A stretch of 64,000 bases of DNA from Isurus oxyrinchus (Eukaryota). Shown in pieces: positions 12,050 through 26,055 of this stretch; position 1 is the first letter of the stretch, and each line of letters begins with the position of its first letter. The stretch spans positions 3,534,001 through 3,598,000 of the forward strand of contig JANJGN010000036.1 of assembly GCA_026770705.1 (NCBI GenBank). Direction: 5' to 3'. The translations under genes were made by a program, and so were the position numbers. Under the pieces are notes generated by a model. That model had not been told where the DNA came from. It searched no databases and saw only the letters and a list, made by a program, of their open reading frames with translations.

Positions 12050-15000
12050 CTCCACCGAACCCCTCGAATAGATTCCAATCTGTAACTCACAACCGGGTAT
12101 CTGTTATTCTATATATAAACCAGCAAGAACCCCTCAATTAGATTCCAGCCTGTATCTCACTCCCGGGTATCTGTTATCTGATATATAAACCAAACCAAAC
12201 CCCTCGATTAGATTCCAGTCTGTAACTCACACCCCGGCAAATGTTATTCTTTATATATTATATACATATGATTTATATATAAATCACCCTGAACCGCTCA
12301 ATTAAATACCAGCCTGCAACTCACTCCTGAATATCAGTTATTCTGTATAAAAGCCATCCCAAAGCCCTCGGTTAGATTCCACTCTGTATCTCACTGCCGC
12401 GTATCAGTTATCCTATATATAAAGCACCCCGAAACTCTTGATTAGTTTCCGGCCTGTAACTTACATCTGGAAATCTGTTATCCCATATATAAAGCACCCC
12501 AAAACCCTTGATTAGATTCCAGTCTGTAACACACTGCCGGGTATCTGTTATCCTAAATATAAACCACCCCAAAAACCTTGATTAGATTCCAGTCTGTAAC
12601 TCACTCCCGGGTATCTGTTATCCTATATGTACCCCACCCCGAGCCCCTCGAATAGATTCAAGTCTGTAATTGCCTCCCTCGATTAGATACCACTCTGTAA
12701 TTTACACCTGGGTATCGGTTATTTTATGTATAAACCACCATGAACACCTCGATTAGATTCCAGTCTGTACCTTAATCTCGGGAGTCTGTCATTCTATATA
12801 TACGCCCCCCGAAGCACTAGATTAGATTGCAGTCTGTAACTCACTCCCGGGCATCAGTTGTTCTTTATATATTATATACATATGATGTGTATATAAACCA
12901 CACCGAACACCTCAATTAAATGCCAGCCTGTAACTCACTTCCGGGTATCTGTTAATCTGTAGCTGAACTATCCTGAACACCTCGAATAGATTCCGGAGTG
13001 TAACTCAGTCTCGGGTATCTGTTAATCAAAATGTAAACTAACATGAGCCCCTTGATTAGATTCCAGTCTGTTATTCTTTATATAAAGCACCCCGCACCCT
13101 TCAATTATACTCTAGCCAAAACTCACTCCCAGATAACAGTTATCCTACATATAAGCCACCCAGAGCCCCTCAATTAGATTCCATTCTATGACTCACATCT
13201 GGGCAAATGTTATTGTTTATATATTATATACTGATGATGTATACATAAACCACCCTTAACAGCTCAATTAAATTCCAGTCTGTAGCTCACTCCCGGGTAT
13301 CTGTTATTGGATATAAAAACCACTCCAAACCCCTCAATTTGCTTCCAGCCTGTAACTCACTCCAGGATATCTGTTATCCTATATATAAACCACCCCAAAC
13401 CACTCGATTATTTTGCAGTCTCTAACTCACTCACACGTATCTGTTATTCTCTATATAAAACACCCCAGACCCCTTGATTAGATTCCAGTCTGTAACACAA
13501 TCCAGTGCATCTGTTATTCTATATATAAAACAACCCGAACATCTTGATTACATCCCGGTCTGTAACTCACTCCCAGGTATCTTTTATCCTATTTATAAGC
13601 CCCCCTGAACCCCTTGATTTGATTCCAGTCTGTAACTTACTCCGGGTATCTGTTATCCTATACATAAACCACCATGAACTCCTCGATTAGATTCTAGTCT
13701 GTACCTCACTCCCGGGTATCTGTTATTCTATATATAAACCACACTACAACCCTCGATTAGATTCCAGTCTGTAACTCCCACCAGGTGCCAGTTATCCTAT
13801 ATATAAACAACCACGAACACTTCAGTTAGACTTCAGTCTGTAACTCACTCCCGGGAATCTGTCATTCTCTATATAAACCACCCTGAACATCTCAATTATA
13901 TTCCAAGCTGTAACTCACTCCCGGGTATCTGTTATCACACATATAAACCACCACAATCCCCATGATTAGGTTCTGGTCTGTAACTCACTCCAGCGTGCCT
14001 GTTATCCCATATATAAACCACACTGAACCCTTCGATTAGATTCCAGTCCATAACTCACATCCGGGTATTGGTTATTCTTTGGATAAATGACCACGAACCC
14101 TTCGATTAGATTCCAGCCTGTACCTCACTCCCGGGAATCTGTCATTCCATATATAAATCCCCCGAGCCAATCGATTAGATTCCAGTCTGCAACGCACTCC
14201 CGGGCAACTCTTATTCTTTATAAATTATATACATAGGATGTTTATATAAACCACCCGGACACCTCAATTAAATTCCAGCCTGTAACTCACTCCTGGGTAT
14301 CTCTTATTCTGTATAACACTATCCTGAACAACTGGACTAGATTCCAGTCTGAAACTCAGTCCTATGTATCTGTTATTTGAAGTAAGAACAACTCCAAACC
14401 CCTCGATCAGAACCCAGTCTGCAACTCACTCCTGGGTACCTTATTCTGTATGTAAACCACCCCAAAGCACTCGATTAGATTGCAGTCTGTAACTCACTCC
14501 CGTGTATCTGTTATTCGATAAAAAACCACTCCAAATCCCTCGATTAGATTGCAGTCTGTAACACACTCCCGGGTACCTGTTATTCTATACATAAACCCCC
14601 TCAAACCCCTCAATTAGATTCTAGTCTGTAACTCACTGCCGAGTATCTGTTATTCTCAATATAAATCCCCGAGCCCCTCAATTAGATTCCAGTCTGTAAC
14701 TCACATCCAGATATCTGTTATTCTTTACATAAACCACCTCGAAACCCTCAATTAGATTCCAGCCTGTAACTCACACCCGGGTATCTGCTTTAAAATATAT
14801 ATAAACCACCACAAACGCCTTGAATAGATTCTGGTCTGTAACTCACTCCAGGGTATCTGTTCACAATATATAAACCAACCTAATCCCATCGATTATATTC
14901 CAGTCTGTAACTCACTCCCGCCTATCTGTTATCCTGTATATAAACCACCCTGAAACTCTCAATTATATTCCAGCCTGTAACGCACTCCCGGGTATTTGTT

Positions 15001-18000
15001 ATCATATACCTAAACCACCACAAACCTCTTGATTAGATTCCAGTCTGTAACTCCATCCCGGGTATCTGTTATCATTTATATCAACCACCCTAAACCCCTC
15101 GATTAGATTCTAGTCTGTAAGTCACTCCCGGTTATCTGTTATCATATATATATAAACCACCCCAAGCCCTTCGATTAGATTCTAGTCTATAACTCACTCC
15201 CGAGTGCCTATTATCCTATATATAAAACACTACAAACACCTCGATTAGATTCCAGTCTGTACCTCACTTCCGGTAATCTGTCATCTTTATGTAAGCCACC
15301 CCGAGCCCGTTGATTAGATTTCAGCCTGTAACACACTCGCGGGTATCTGCTTTACTAAATATAAACCACCACAAACTCCTTGATTAGATTCTGGTCTCTA
15401 ACTCTCTCTCGGGTATCTGTTAACCTATGTATAAACCACACTGTTCCCCTTGATTATATTCAAGATTGTAACTCACTCCCAGGTATCTGTTATCATATAT
15501 ATAAACCACTCTGAGGCCCTCGATTCGATTCCAGTCTGTAACTCAATCCCGCGAGCCTGTTATCCTTTTTATAAACAACACCGAAGCCCTCGATTAGATT
15601 CCAGTCTGTAACTCACTCCCAGGTATCAATTATTCCAAGTATAAATGACGACGAACCCCTCAATTAGCGTCCAGCCTGTAATTCACTCCCGGGTATTTGT
15701 TATCCTATATAAACTGCCCTGAACCCCACGGTTATATTCCAGCCTGTAACTCACTCCTGGGTATCTGTTATTCGATACAAAAACCAATCTAAACCATTCA
15801 ATTAGATTCTAGTCTGTAACTCACTCCCGGGAATCTGGTATTCGACAAAAACACCACTCCAAATCCCTCGATTAGATTGCATTCTGTAACACACTCCTGG
15901 GTAATTGTTATTCTGTATATAACCGCCCCCCCCCCCCACCCCGCCCCCCCCCCCCCCCAAACCCCTGAATTAGATTCCAGTCTGTAGCTCACTGCCGGGT
16001 ATTTGTGATTCCAAATATAAACCACAGAACCCTACAATTAGATTCCAGTCTGTAACTCACATCCAGATATCTGTTATTCTTTATATAAACCACTTCGAAA
16101 CCCTCAATTAGATTCCAGCCTGTAACTCACTCCCGGGTATCTGCTTTAAAATATATATAAACTACCATAAACCCCTTGAATAGATTCCGGTCTGTAGCTC
16201 ACTCCAGGGTATCTGTTCACCTATATATAAACCAATCTGATCCCCTCGATTATATTCCAGCCTGTAACTCACTCCCGTGTATCTGTTATCATATACGTAA
16301 ACCACCACAAACCTATAGATTAGATTCCGGTCTGTAACTCCATCCCGGGTATCTGTTATCATATGTATATAAACCACCCTAAACCCCTCGATTAGATTCT
16401 AGTCTGTAAGTCACTCCCGGTTATCTGTTATCCTATATATATATACCAGTACGAGCCTCTCGATTAGATTCCAGTCTGTAACTCACTCCCAGGTGCCTAT
16501 TATCCTCCATATAAAACATTACAAACACGTCGATTAGATTCCAGTCTGTACCCCACTTCCAGGAATCTGTCATCCATATATAAGCCACCCCGAGCACCAT
16601 GATTAGATTTCAGCCTGTAACCCACTCGCGGGTATCTGCTTTACTATATATAAACCACCACAAACTCCTTGATTAGATTCTGGTCTCTAACTCACTCCCA
16701 GGTATCTGTTAACCTATATATAAACCACACTGATCCCCTCGATTATATTCAAGACTGTAACTCACTCCCAGGTATCTGTTATCCTATATATAAACCACCC
16801 CGAGCCCCTCGATTCGATTCCAGTCTGTAACTCACTCCCAGGTATCGATTATTCCAAGTATAAACGATGACGAACCCCTCAATTAGCGTCCAGCCTGTAA
16901 TTCACTCCCGGGTATTTGTTATCCTATATATAAACCGCCCTGAACCCCATGATTAAATTCCAGCCTGTAACTCACTCCCAGTATCTGTTATCATATGTAT
17001 AAACCACTACAAAACCCAATATTAGATTCTGGTCAGTAACTCCCTCCTGGGTGCCTGTTATCCTGGACATAAACCACACTGATCCACTCAATTAGATTCC
17101 AGTCTGTACCTCACTCCTGGGAATCTGTCATTCCATATATGAGCCCCCCGAACCCCTCGATTAGATTCCAGTCTGTAACTCACTCCCTGGTATCTGTGGT
17201 TCGACATATAAACCCCCAAACCCCTCGATTAGATTCCATTCTATAACTCACTGCCGAGTATCTGTGATTCTAAATATAAACTCCCAAAGCCCTCAATTAG
17301 TTTCCAGTCTGTTACTCAAATCCAGATATCTGTTATTCTTTATATAAAACACCCCAAACCCCTCAATTGGATTCCAACCTGTATCTCACTCCCGGGTACT
17401 GTTATCCCCCATATAAACCAAACCAAACCCCGCGATTAGACTCCAGTCTGTAACTCACACCCGGGCAACTGTTAATCTTTATATATTATATACATATGAT
17501 TTATATATAAACCACCCTGAACCACTCAGTTAAACACCAGCCTGAAACTCACTACCGGATATCTGTTATCCTATATATAAACCACCCCAAAACATTTGAT
17601 TAGATTCCGGTCTGTAACTCACTCCCGCTTTATCTGTTATCCCATATATAAACCACCACGGACCCCTCGATTAGATTCCAGTCTGTACCTCACCCTTGGA
17701 AGTCTGTCATTCTATATATAAGCCCCCCCCCCCCCCCCCCCCCCCCCCCGAGCCACTTGATTAGATTGCACTCTATAACTCACTCCCAGGAATCTATTAT
17801 TCTTTATATATTGTATACATTTGATGTATATATAAACCACACAGAACACCTCAATTAAATTCCATCCTGTAAATCACTCCCGGTATCTGTTAATCTGTAG
17901 CTAAACTATCCTGAACACCTCGAATAGATACTGGTCTGTAACTCACACCTGGGTATCTGTTATCCTATATATAAACTACCCCAAACACACAATTAGATTC

Positions 18001-21000
18001 CAGTCTGTAACTCAATCCCAGGTATCTGTTATTCTATATATAAAACAACTCGAACCTCTTGATTACGTCCCGGTCTGTAACTCACTCCCAGGTATCTGTT
18101 ATCCTATATATAAGCCCCCTGAATCCCTCGAATTGATTCCAGTCTGTAAATCACTCCCGGGTGCCTGTTTTCCTATAAAAATCCCACCACGAATATTTCA
18201 ATTAGATTCCCATCTGTACCTCACTCCCGGGTATCTGTTATCCTAAGTATAAACCACCCCGAAACCCTTGATTAGATTCCAGTCTGTAACTCAGTCCCAG
18301 GTTTCTGTTAATCTGTATAAAAACTATCCTGAACACCTGGATGAGATTCCAGTCTGTAACTCACTCCCGGGTATCTGTTATTCTATATTTAAACCACCCT
18401 GAAGCCCTCGATTAGATTCCAGACTTTAATTCACTCCCGGGTATCTGTTATTCGATAAAAAAAAAACACTCTAAACCCCTCAATTTGATTCCAGGCTGTA
18501 ACTCACTCCTGGGTGCCTGTTATCCTAAATATAAACCACCCCGAAACCCTTGATTAGATTCCAGTCTGTAACTCAGTCCCGGGTATCTGTTATCCTATAT
18601 ATAAACCACCACGAACACCTCGATTAGAGTCCAGTCTGTACCTCTCTCCCGGGTATCTCTTATTCTACATATAAAACAACCCGAACCTCTTGATTGCATC
18701 CCGGTCTGTAACTCACTCCCGGGTATCTGTTATCGTATATATAAGCCCTCTGAATCCCTCGAACTGATTCCAGTCTGTAACTCACTCCCGGGTGCCTGTT
18801 ATCCTAAATATAAACCACCCCGAAACCCTTGATTAGATTCCAGTCTGCAACTCAGTCCCGGGTCTCTGTTAATCTGTATAAAAACTTTTCTGAACACCTG
18901 GACGAAATTCCAGTCTGTAACTCACTCCTGGGTATCTGTTATTCGATATAAAAACCACTCTAAACCCCTTGATTTGATTCCAGTCTGTAGCTCACTCCTG
19001 GATATCTGTTATCCTATATATAAACCACCCCAAACACACAATTAGATTCCAGTCTTCAACTCACTCCCGGGTATCTGTTAATCTGTATATAAACTATCCT
19101 GAACACCTGGACGAGAATCCAGTCTATAACTCACTGCAGGGTATCTCTTATGCTATATATAAAACAACCCGAACCTCTTGATTACATCCTGGTCTTTTAC
19201 TCACTCCTGGGTATCTGTTATCCTATATATAAGCCCTCTGAACCCCTGTCTGTACCTCACTCTCTGGAATATGTCATTCCATATATAAGACCCCAGAGAC
19301 ACTCGATTAGATTCCAGTCTGTAACTCACTCCCGGGCAACTGTTAATCTTCATATATTATATGATGTGTATATAAACATATATACATATAGATGTATATG
19401 ATGCATATAAACATATATATGTATATAACTCACTCCAGGGTATCTGTAAATCTTTATATAATCTATCCCGAACAACTGGAATAGATTCAAGTCTGTAACT
19501 CACTCCCGCGTATCTGTAATTCTATATATAAACCACGCCAAACCCCTTGATAAGATTGCAGTCTGTAACTCACTCCTCGGTATCTGTTATTCTATATATA
19601 ACCCCCCCTCCAACCCCCAAACCCCTTGATTAGATTCCAGTCTGTAACTCACTTCCAGGCATCTGTTTTACTATACATAAATCACCACAAACCCCTTGAT
19701 TAGATTCCAGTCTGTAACTCACTGCCGGGTATCTGTGATCCAAAATATAAACCACAGAACCCCTGTATTAGATTCAATTTCGTAACTCACATTCAGATAT
19801 CTGTTATTCTATATATAAACCACCTCGAAACCCTCAAATATATTCCTGCCTGTAATTCACTCCCAGGTATCTGTTATCCTGTATTTAAATCATCCTGAAC
19901 CCCTTGATTAGATTCCAGCCTGTAACTCATTTCCGGGTCTCTGTTTTACTATGTATAAACCACCACAAACTCCTTGATTAGATTCCATTCTGTAACTCAG
20001 TCCAGGGTATCTGTTAACCTATATACAGAACCACCTTGATCCCCTCGATTAGATTGCAGTCTGTAACTCTCAGGTATTCTATGTTTAAATTACCATGAAC
20101 CCCTCCATTGGATTCCAGCCTGTACCTCACTCCCACGTACCTCTTATCCTATACATAAGCTACCCTGAACCCCTCGATTAGATTCCAGGCTGTAATTCAC
20201 TCTCGGGTATTTGTTATCTTATATATAAATCACCCTGAACCCCTCAATTAGATTCCAGCCTGTAACTCACTCCCGGGTATCTGTTATTCTATATATAATC
20301 CACCACAAACCCCTTGATTAGATTCCTTTCTGTAACTCAGTCCCGGGTATCTGTTAACTGATATATAAACCACCCTGATCCCCTCAATTAGATTCAAGTC
20401 TGTAACTCATTCCCTGGTATCCGTTATTCTAAATATAACCACCTCAAACCCCTTGATTAGATTCTGGTCTGTAATTCACTCCCGGGTATCGGTTATTCTA
20501 TATATAAACCACTCCGAACCCTTCTATTAGATTCTAGTCTGTAACTCACTCTTGGGTATCTGTTATTCTATATATCAACCCCCGCACCCCTCGATTAGAT
20601 TCCAGTTTAAACTCACTCCCTGGTATCGGTTATTCTATATATAAGCCCACCGAGCCACTCGATTAGATTCCAGTCTGTATCTCACTCCCAGGTGTCTGCT
20701 ATCCTAAATATAACCTGCCCCGAACCCCTCGATTAGATTCTATGCAGTAATTCACTCCTGAGTATCTGTTATTCTATATAAAAACCACTCCAAACCATTC
20801 GATTAGATTCCAGTCTGTAACTCACTCCCTCGTATCTGTTATTCTATACATTAACCACCCCAAACCCCTCAATTAGATTCCAGTCTGTAACTCACTCCCG
20901 GGTATCTGTTATCCTATATATAAAACACAACAATCCTCTTGATTACACTCTGGTCTGTAACTCACTCCCTGCTTTCTGTTATCCTATATATAAACCACCC

Positions 21001-22033
21001 AGAACCCCTTGAATAGATTCCGGTCTGTAACCCTGGGTATCGGATATTCTATGTATAAACAACCATGAACCCCTCCATTAGATTCCAGCCTCTAACTAAC
21101 TCCCGGGTATCTGTAATTCGATATATAAGCCACCCCAAAACCCTCCATTAGATTCCAGTCTATAACTCACTCCCAGCTAACTGTTCTTGCATATATAAAA
21201 CACACCAAACTCCTCGATTAGATTCCAGTCTGTAACTTTCACCTAGACATCTGTTATTCTGTATATTTGATGTACATATGATTCACATATAAACCACCCC
21301 GAAACCCTCTATTAGATTCCAGTCTGTAACTCACTCCCGGGTATCGGTTATTCTATATATAAACCACTCCGAACCCCTTGATTAGATTCCAGTTTGTAAC
21401 TCACTACCAGGCATCTGTTATTCTTTATATATTATATACATATGATGTAAATATAAACCACCTTGAATACATCAATTAAATTCCAGCCTGTAACTCAATC
21501 TAGGGTATCTGTTAATCTGTATATAAACTATTCTGAACACCTGGACTAGATGCCGGTCTGTAACTCACTCCTGGGTATCTATTATTCTATATATAAATCA
21601 CCCTGAACCCCTCGATTAGATTCCAGTCTGTAACTCACTCCTGGTTATCTGTTATTCTATATATAAACCACCCCGAAGCCCTCGATTAGATTCTAGTCTG
21701 TAACTCACTCCTGGGTATTTGTTATTCTATATATAAACCACACCGAAGCCCTCGATTAGATTCTAGTCTGTAACTTAATCCTGGGTATCTGTTATTCGAT
21801 ACAAAAACCACTCCAAGCCCTTTGATTAGCTTCCAATTTGTAACTCACTCCTGGGTATCTGTTATCTTATATATAAAACTTCCCAAACCATTCAATTAGA
21901 TTGTAGTCTGTAACTCACTTACGTGTTTATGTTATTCTTTATATAAACTATCCCTAACTCCTCAATTTGATTCCAGTCTGTAACGCACTCCCGGGTATCT
22001 GTTATCCTATATATAAACCACCCCGAACCCCTT
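12050..22033. repeat. 70-bp tandem satellite, ~140 units (CCCCTCGATTAGATTCCAGTCTGTAACTCACTCCCGGGTATCTGTTATTCTATATATAAACCACCCCGAA)
   Basis: Continuous tandem array. The 70-bp period is confirmed on the clean copies at 48721, 48791 and 48861. Confidence 0.97.
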
Positions 22034-22167
22034 TGTGGAAGAATAAAATACATCTACAGGACAACTAAATGTTAAACGGTTAAAATCATAGTGGAATACT
22101 ACAGCACAGTTCCCTATTTTTTTCTCGCAGGCACAGGAAAGGAGGAAAGGAGTATCATAAACAAACT

Positions 22168-22399
22168 AAAAACAAAAAACTACAGATGCTGGAAATCCAG
22201 AACAAAAACAGAATTACCTGGAAAAACTCAGCAGGTCTGGCAGCATTGACGGAGTAGAAAATAGTTGGCGTTTTGAGTCCTCATGACCCTTCAACAGACT
22301 CTGTTGAAGGGTCATGAGGACTCAAAACGTCAACTCTTTTCTTCTCCGCCGATGCTGCCAGACCTGCTGAGTTTTTCCAGGTAATTCTGGTTTTGTTTT
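22168..22399. mobile_element. Fold-back Penelope-like insertion, copy B (nested in the LTR)
   Basis: Inverted arms of ~100 bp meeting near 22299. Direct repeat GTATCATAAACAA at 22152-22164 and 22400-22412. Confidence 0.75.
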
Positions 22400-22550
22400 G
22401 TATCATAAACAAGCTGCCTGGAATCCTTGATGCAAGGGTGGGATGTCTGCCCCAACACAAAGGGACAGGATCAAGCAATTGTCATTTGTGCTTTAACATT
22501 TTCACCCCCTAGCACTATAGATAAGGTCAAGCAGGGTTATCTATTCTCTG

Positions 22551-22761
22551 CAACAAAAACAGAATTACCTGGAAAAACTCAGCAGGTCTGGCAGCATCGG
22601 CGGAGAAGAAAAGAGTTGACGTTTCGAGTCCTCATGACCCTTCGACAGAACTTGCTGAGTTCCTGCTGTGTTTTTCCAGGTAATTCTGTTTTTGTTTTGG
22701 ATTTCCAGCATCCGCAGTTTTTTTTTTTTTTTTTGTTTTTTTTTTTGTTTTTTTTTTGTTT
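22551..22761. mobile_element. Fold-back Penelope-like insertion, copy C (nested in the LTR)
   Basis: Inverted arms with an expanded T-rich end. Direct repeat TTATCTATTCTCTG at 22537-22550 and 22762-22775. Confidence 0.75.
22614..22652 (-). ncRNA. Variant minimal type I hammerhead-ribozyme-like motif
   Basis: Minus strand reads AGTT-CTGTCGA-A-GGGTC-ATGAG-GACTC-GAAA-C-GTC-AACT: helix I AGTT/AACT, CUGAnGA core with A6->U, helix II GGGUC/GACUC, GAAA, palindromic ACGU helix III, GUC site. An identical motif lies at 26941-26979 (-). Confidence 0.55.
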
Positions 22762-23090
22762 TTATCTATTCTCTGTCTCACTTCTTATCGCCAGATGGGC
22801 TCCTCCTAAGATCCTGGGTAGTTGTATGCTAGAATAGATCAATTGTATACTGCATGCCGTAAACAACGATTCTCAATGTAATTACTTATTGAAGGTTAGA
22901 TGGTTTTATCACATTCAGGCTCTTGGATATGTACAACGTTTACTATAACTATGTGTGCACTCTGATGCTTCTTCAGAGTGTCAGCTAGCTCCACTGTAAG
23001 CTGCTGGGCTGTCCGTGATATCACGGTTTTAATAAAAGGCTTCCGAGACAAATCTCCTGGGTCTGAGTGTTCACTCTGATTTCCACGACA

Positions 23091-24732
23091 CCCTTGATTA
23101 GATGCCGGTCTGTAGCTCACTCTCCGGCATCTGTTATCCTATATAGAAGCCTCCTTCAACCCCTCGATTAGATTCCAGCCTGTACCTCAAACCCGGGTAT
23201 CTGTTATCCTATATATAAAACACGATGATCCCCTTGATTACACTCTGGTCTGTAACTCACTCCCTGCTTTCTGTTATCCTATACATAAACCACCCAGAAC
23301 CCCTTGAATAGATTCCGGCCTGTAACTCTGGGTATCGGATATTCTATATATAAACAACCATGAACCCCTCCATTAGATTCCAGCCTCTAACTAACCCCCG
23401 GGTATCTGTAATTTGATATATAAGCCACCCCGAAACCCTCCATTACATTCCAGTCTATAACTCAATACCGGGCATCTGTTATTCTTTATATATTATATAC
23501 ATATGATGTATATATAAACCACCTTGAATACATTAATTAAATTCCAGCCTGTAACTCACTCCAGGGCATCTGTTAATCTGTATATAAACTATTCTAAACA
23601 CCTGGTCTAGATACCAGTCTGTAACCCACTCCTGGGTATCTGTTATTCTATATATAAATCACCCCGAAGCCCTCGATTAGATTCTAGTTTATAACTTAAT
23701 CACGGGTATCTGTTATTCTATATATAAACCACCCCGAACCCCTTGTTTAGAGTCCAGTCTGTAACTCACTCCTGGGTATCTGTTATTCTTTAGATAAACT
23801 ATCCCAAACTCCTCAATTTGATTCCAATCTGTAACTCACTCCCGGCTATCTGTTATCCTATATATAAACCCCCCCGATCCCCTTGATTAGATGCCAGTCT
23901 GTAGCTCACTCTCGGGCATCTATTATCCTATATATAATTGTCATTCAACCCCTCGATCAGATTCCAGTCTGTACCTCAATCCCGGGTGCCTGTTATCCTA
24001 TTCTTAAACCACCACGAATGCCTCGATTAGATTCCAGTCTGTAACTCACTCCTGGGCAACTGTTATTCTTTATATATTGTATACACATAATGTTTATATA
24101 AACCACCATGAACACCTCAATTAAATTCCAGCCTGTAACTCACTCCCAGATCCCTGTTAACCTGCATATAAACCATCCTGAACACCTCGACTAGAATCCA
24201 GTCTGTAACTCACCCCCGGGTATCTGTTATTCGATATAAAAACCACTTCAATCCCCTCGATTAGATTGCAGTCTGCAACTCACTCCCGGGTATCTGTTAC
24301 CCTACACGATTAGATTGCAGTCTGTAACTCACTCCCTCGTATCTGTTATTCTATACATAAACCATCACGAACCCCTCACTTAGATTCCAGGCCGTAACTC
24401 CTGGGTATCTGTTATCCTATATATAAACCACCCAGAAACCCTTGAATAGAGTCTGGTCTGTAACTCTGGGTATCGGATATTCTATGTATAAACAACGATG
24501 AACCCTTCCATTAGATTCCAACCTCTAACTCACTCCCGGGCATCTGTTATCGTATATATAAACCACCACAAACCCTTTGATTAGATACCAGTCTGTCACC
24601 CCCTCCTGGATATCTGTTATTATATATATAAACTACCCTGAAACCCTCGATTAGGTTCCAATCTGTTCCTCACTCCCCGAAATCTGTTATTCTATAAATA
24701 AAACACCCCTAAAACCTCGATTAGATTCCAGC
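23091..24732. repeat. 70-bp satellite, continuation (~23 units)
   Basis: Same consensus as 12050-22033. Confidence 0.96.
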
Positions 24733-24754
24733 TTTTCCACATCACATGTTGAGG

Positions 24755-24875
24755 AAGGGGTCTCCCTCCATTTTAATGATGGGAAGGGATCTCCCTCTAA
24801 TTTTAAAGATGGGGAAGGATCTCCCTCCATTTTAAAGATGGGGACAGATCTCGCTCCAATTTAAAGATGGAGAAG
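24755..24875. repeat. 30-bp minisatellite (~4 units)
   Basis: Same unit as 178-680, with the same upstream flank (TTCCAGC...CACATCACATGT). Confidence 0.9.
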
Positions 24876-25449
24876 TGATATGTCGCACAATATTGCTTTT
24901 TATACTCAATGTTTACAACTTTTTGAACATTTTCAGTTTTCCCCTGCACTGTCTCTTTCTCTCACCCCGTCTCGTTCATTCACTCACTTTCTCCTGCCCC
25001 ATCAGTCTGTCACTCTCACCACGTCTCTCTGTTTCTCACTCTCACCCCATCTCTTTACCTGACACTCGACCCCCTCTCTTCATCTCTCTCTTTCACCCCA
25101 TCCCTTTCTTTTGCTCGCTCTGCTCTCTCTACCTCACTCGCTCACCCCATCTCTCTCTCTCTCTGTCTCCCTCATCCTGTCTCTCCGCCGCTATGTCCCT
25201 CCACCTCTCGTTCCATCTATCTCTCTCTCCCTCTCACTCCTTACCTCCGTTGCTCTGTTGCTCTTCCTGTCCCCCCATCTCTCTCCCGCTCGCCTTGTCT
25301 CTCTGTCGCTCTCTTTCTATCTCTGTCCCTCTCTCGTCCCATCTATCTCTCCTACTCTCTCACTCTCTCTCTCTCTCTCTCTATCTGTCTCCCAGCTGAA
25401 GCTGAATGGAAAATATTTTCCGGGTCCCGGGAAAAGGCAGTCGACTGAG

Positions 25450-26055
25450 TTCAGTGATACATGGATACAAAATTGGCGGAGGGAGAGGAAACAGAGATTA
25501 ATGGTTCATGAGTATTTTTCAGGCTGGAAGAACGTTTGTAGTGGAGTTCCCCAGGGGTCAGTATTGGGATATTTGATTTTCCTGATGTACATCAATGTTT
25601 TAGATCTTGGTGTGCAGGGGACCAGTTCAGAGTTTGTGGACGGCACAAAACTTGGGAGAATTGTAAACATTGATGCGAACAGTGTAGAGCTTCACATGGA
25701 CATTGACAAGTTGGTAGAGTGAGCAGATAGTTGGCCAATGATCTTCAATGTGGAGAAGTGCGAGGTGATGCATTATGGTAGGAGGAACATGACAGACAAA
25801 ATCAAATTAGGGGTGAAATTTTGAAGGGGGTGCAGGAGCAGAAAGACCTGGGTGTATATGTGCATTGATCATTGAAGGTGGCAGGAGAGGGTGAGAGAGT
25901 GGTTCATAAAGCATATCGTATCTTGGAATTTATTAATAGGGGCAGAGAGAACAAGTGCAGGGAGGTTATGCTGAATTTATATAAGACACGAGTTAGACCT
26001 CAGCTGGAGTATTGTGTACGGTCCTAGGAGCCACACTATAGGAAGGATGTGATTC
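25450..26055 (+). mobile_element. CR1 LINE RT fragment (paralog at 49890-50460)
   Basis: Translation WIQNW...SGVPQGSVLG...YINVLDLGV...FVDGTKLG; contains stops. Confidence 0.85.

Larger units (their letters stand above)
22034..23090 (+). mobile_element. Solo LTR inserted in the 70-bp satellite (~590 bp after removing two nested inserts)
   Basis: Starts TGTGGAA and ends TTCCACGACA (TG...CA, imperfect terminal inverted repeat). 5-bp target duplication CCCTT at 22029-22033 and 23091-23095. TATAA at 22944, AATAAA at 23031. The satellite resumes in register. Confidence 0.8.
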
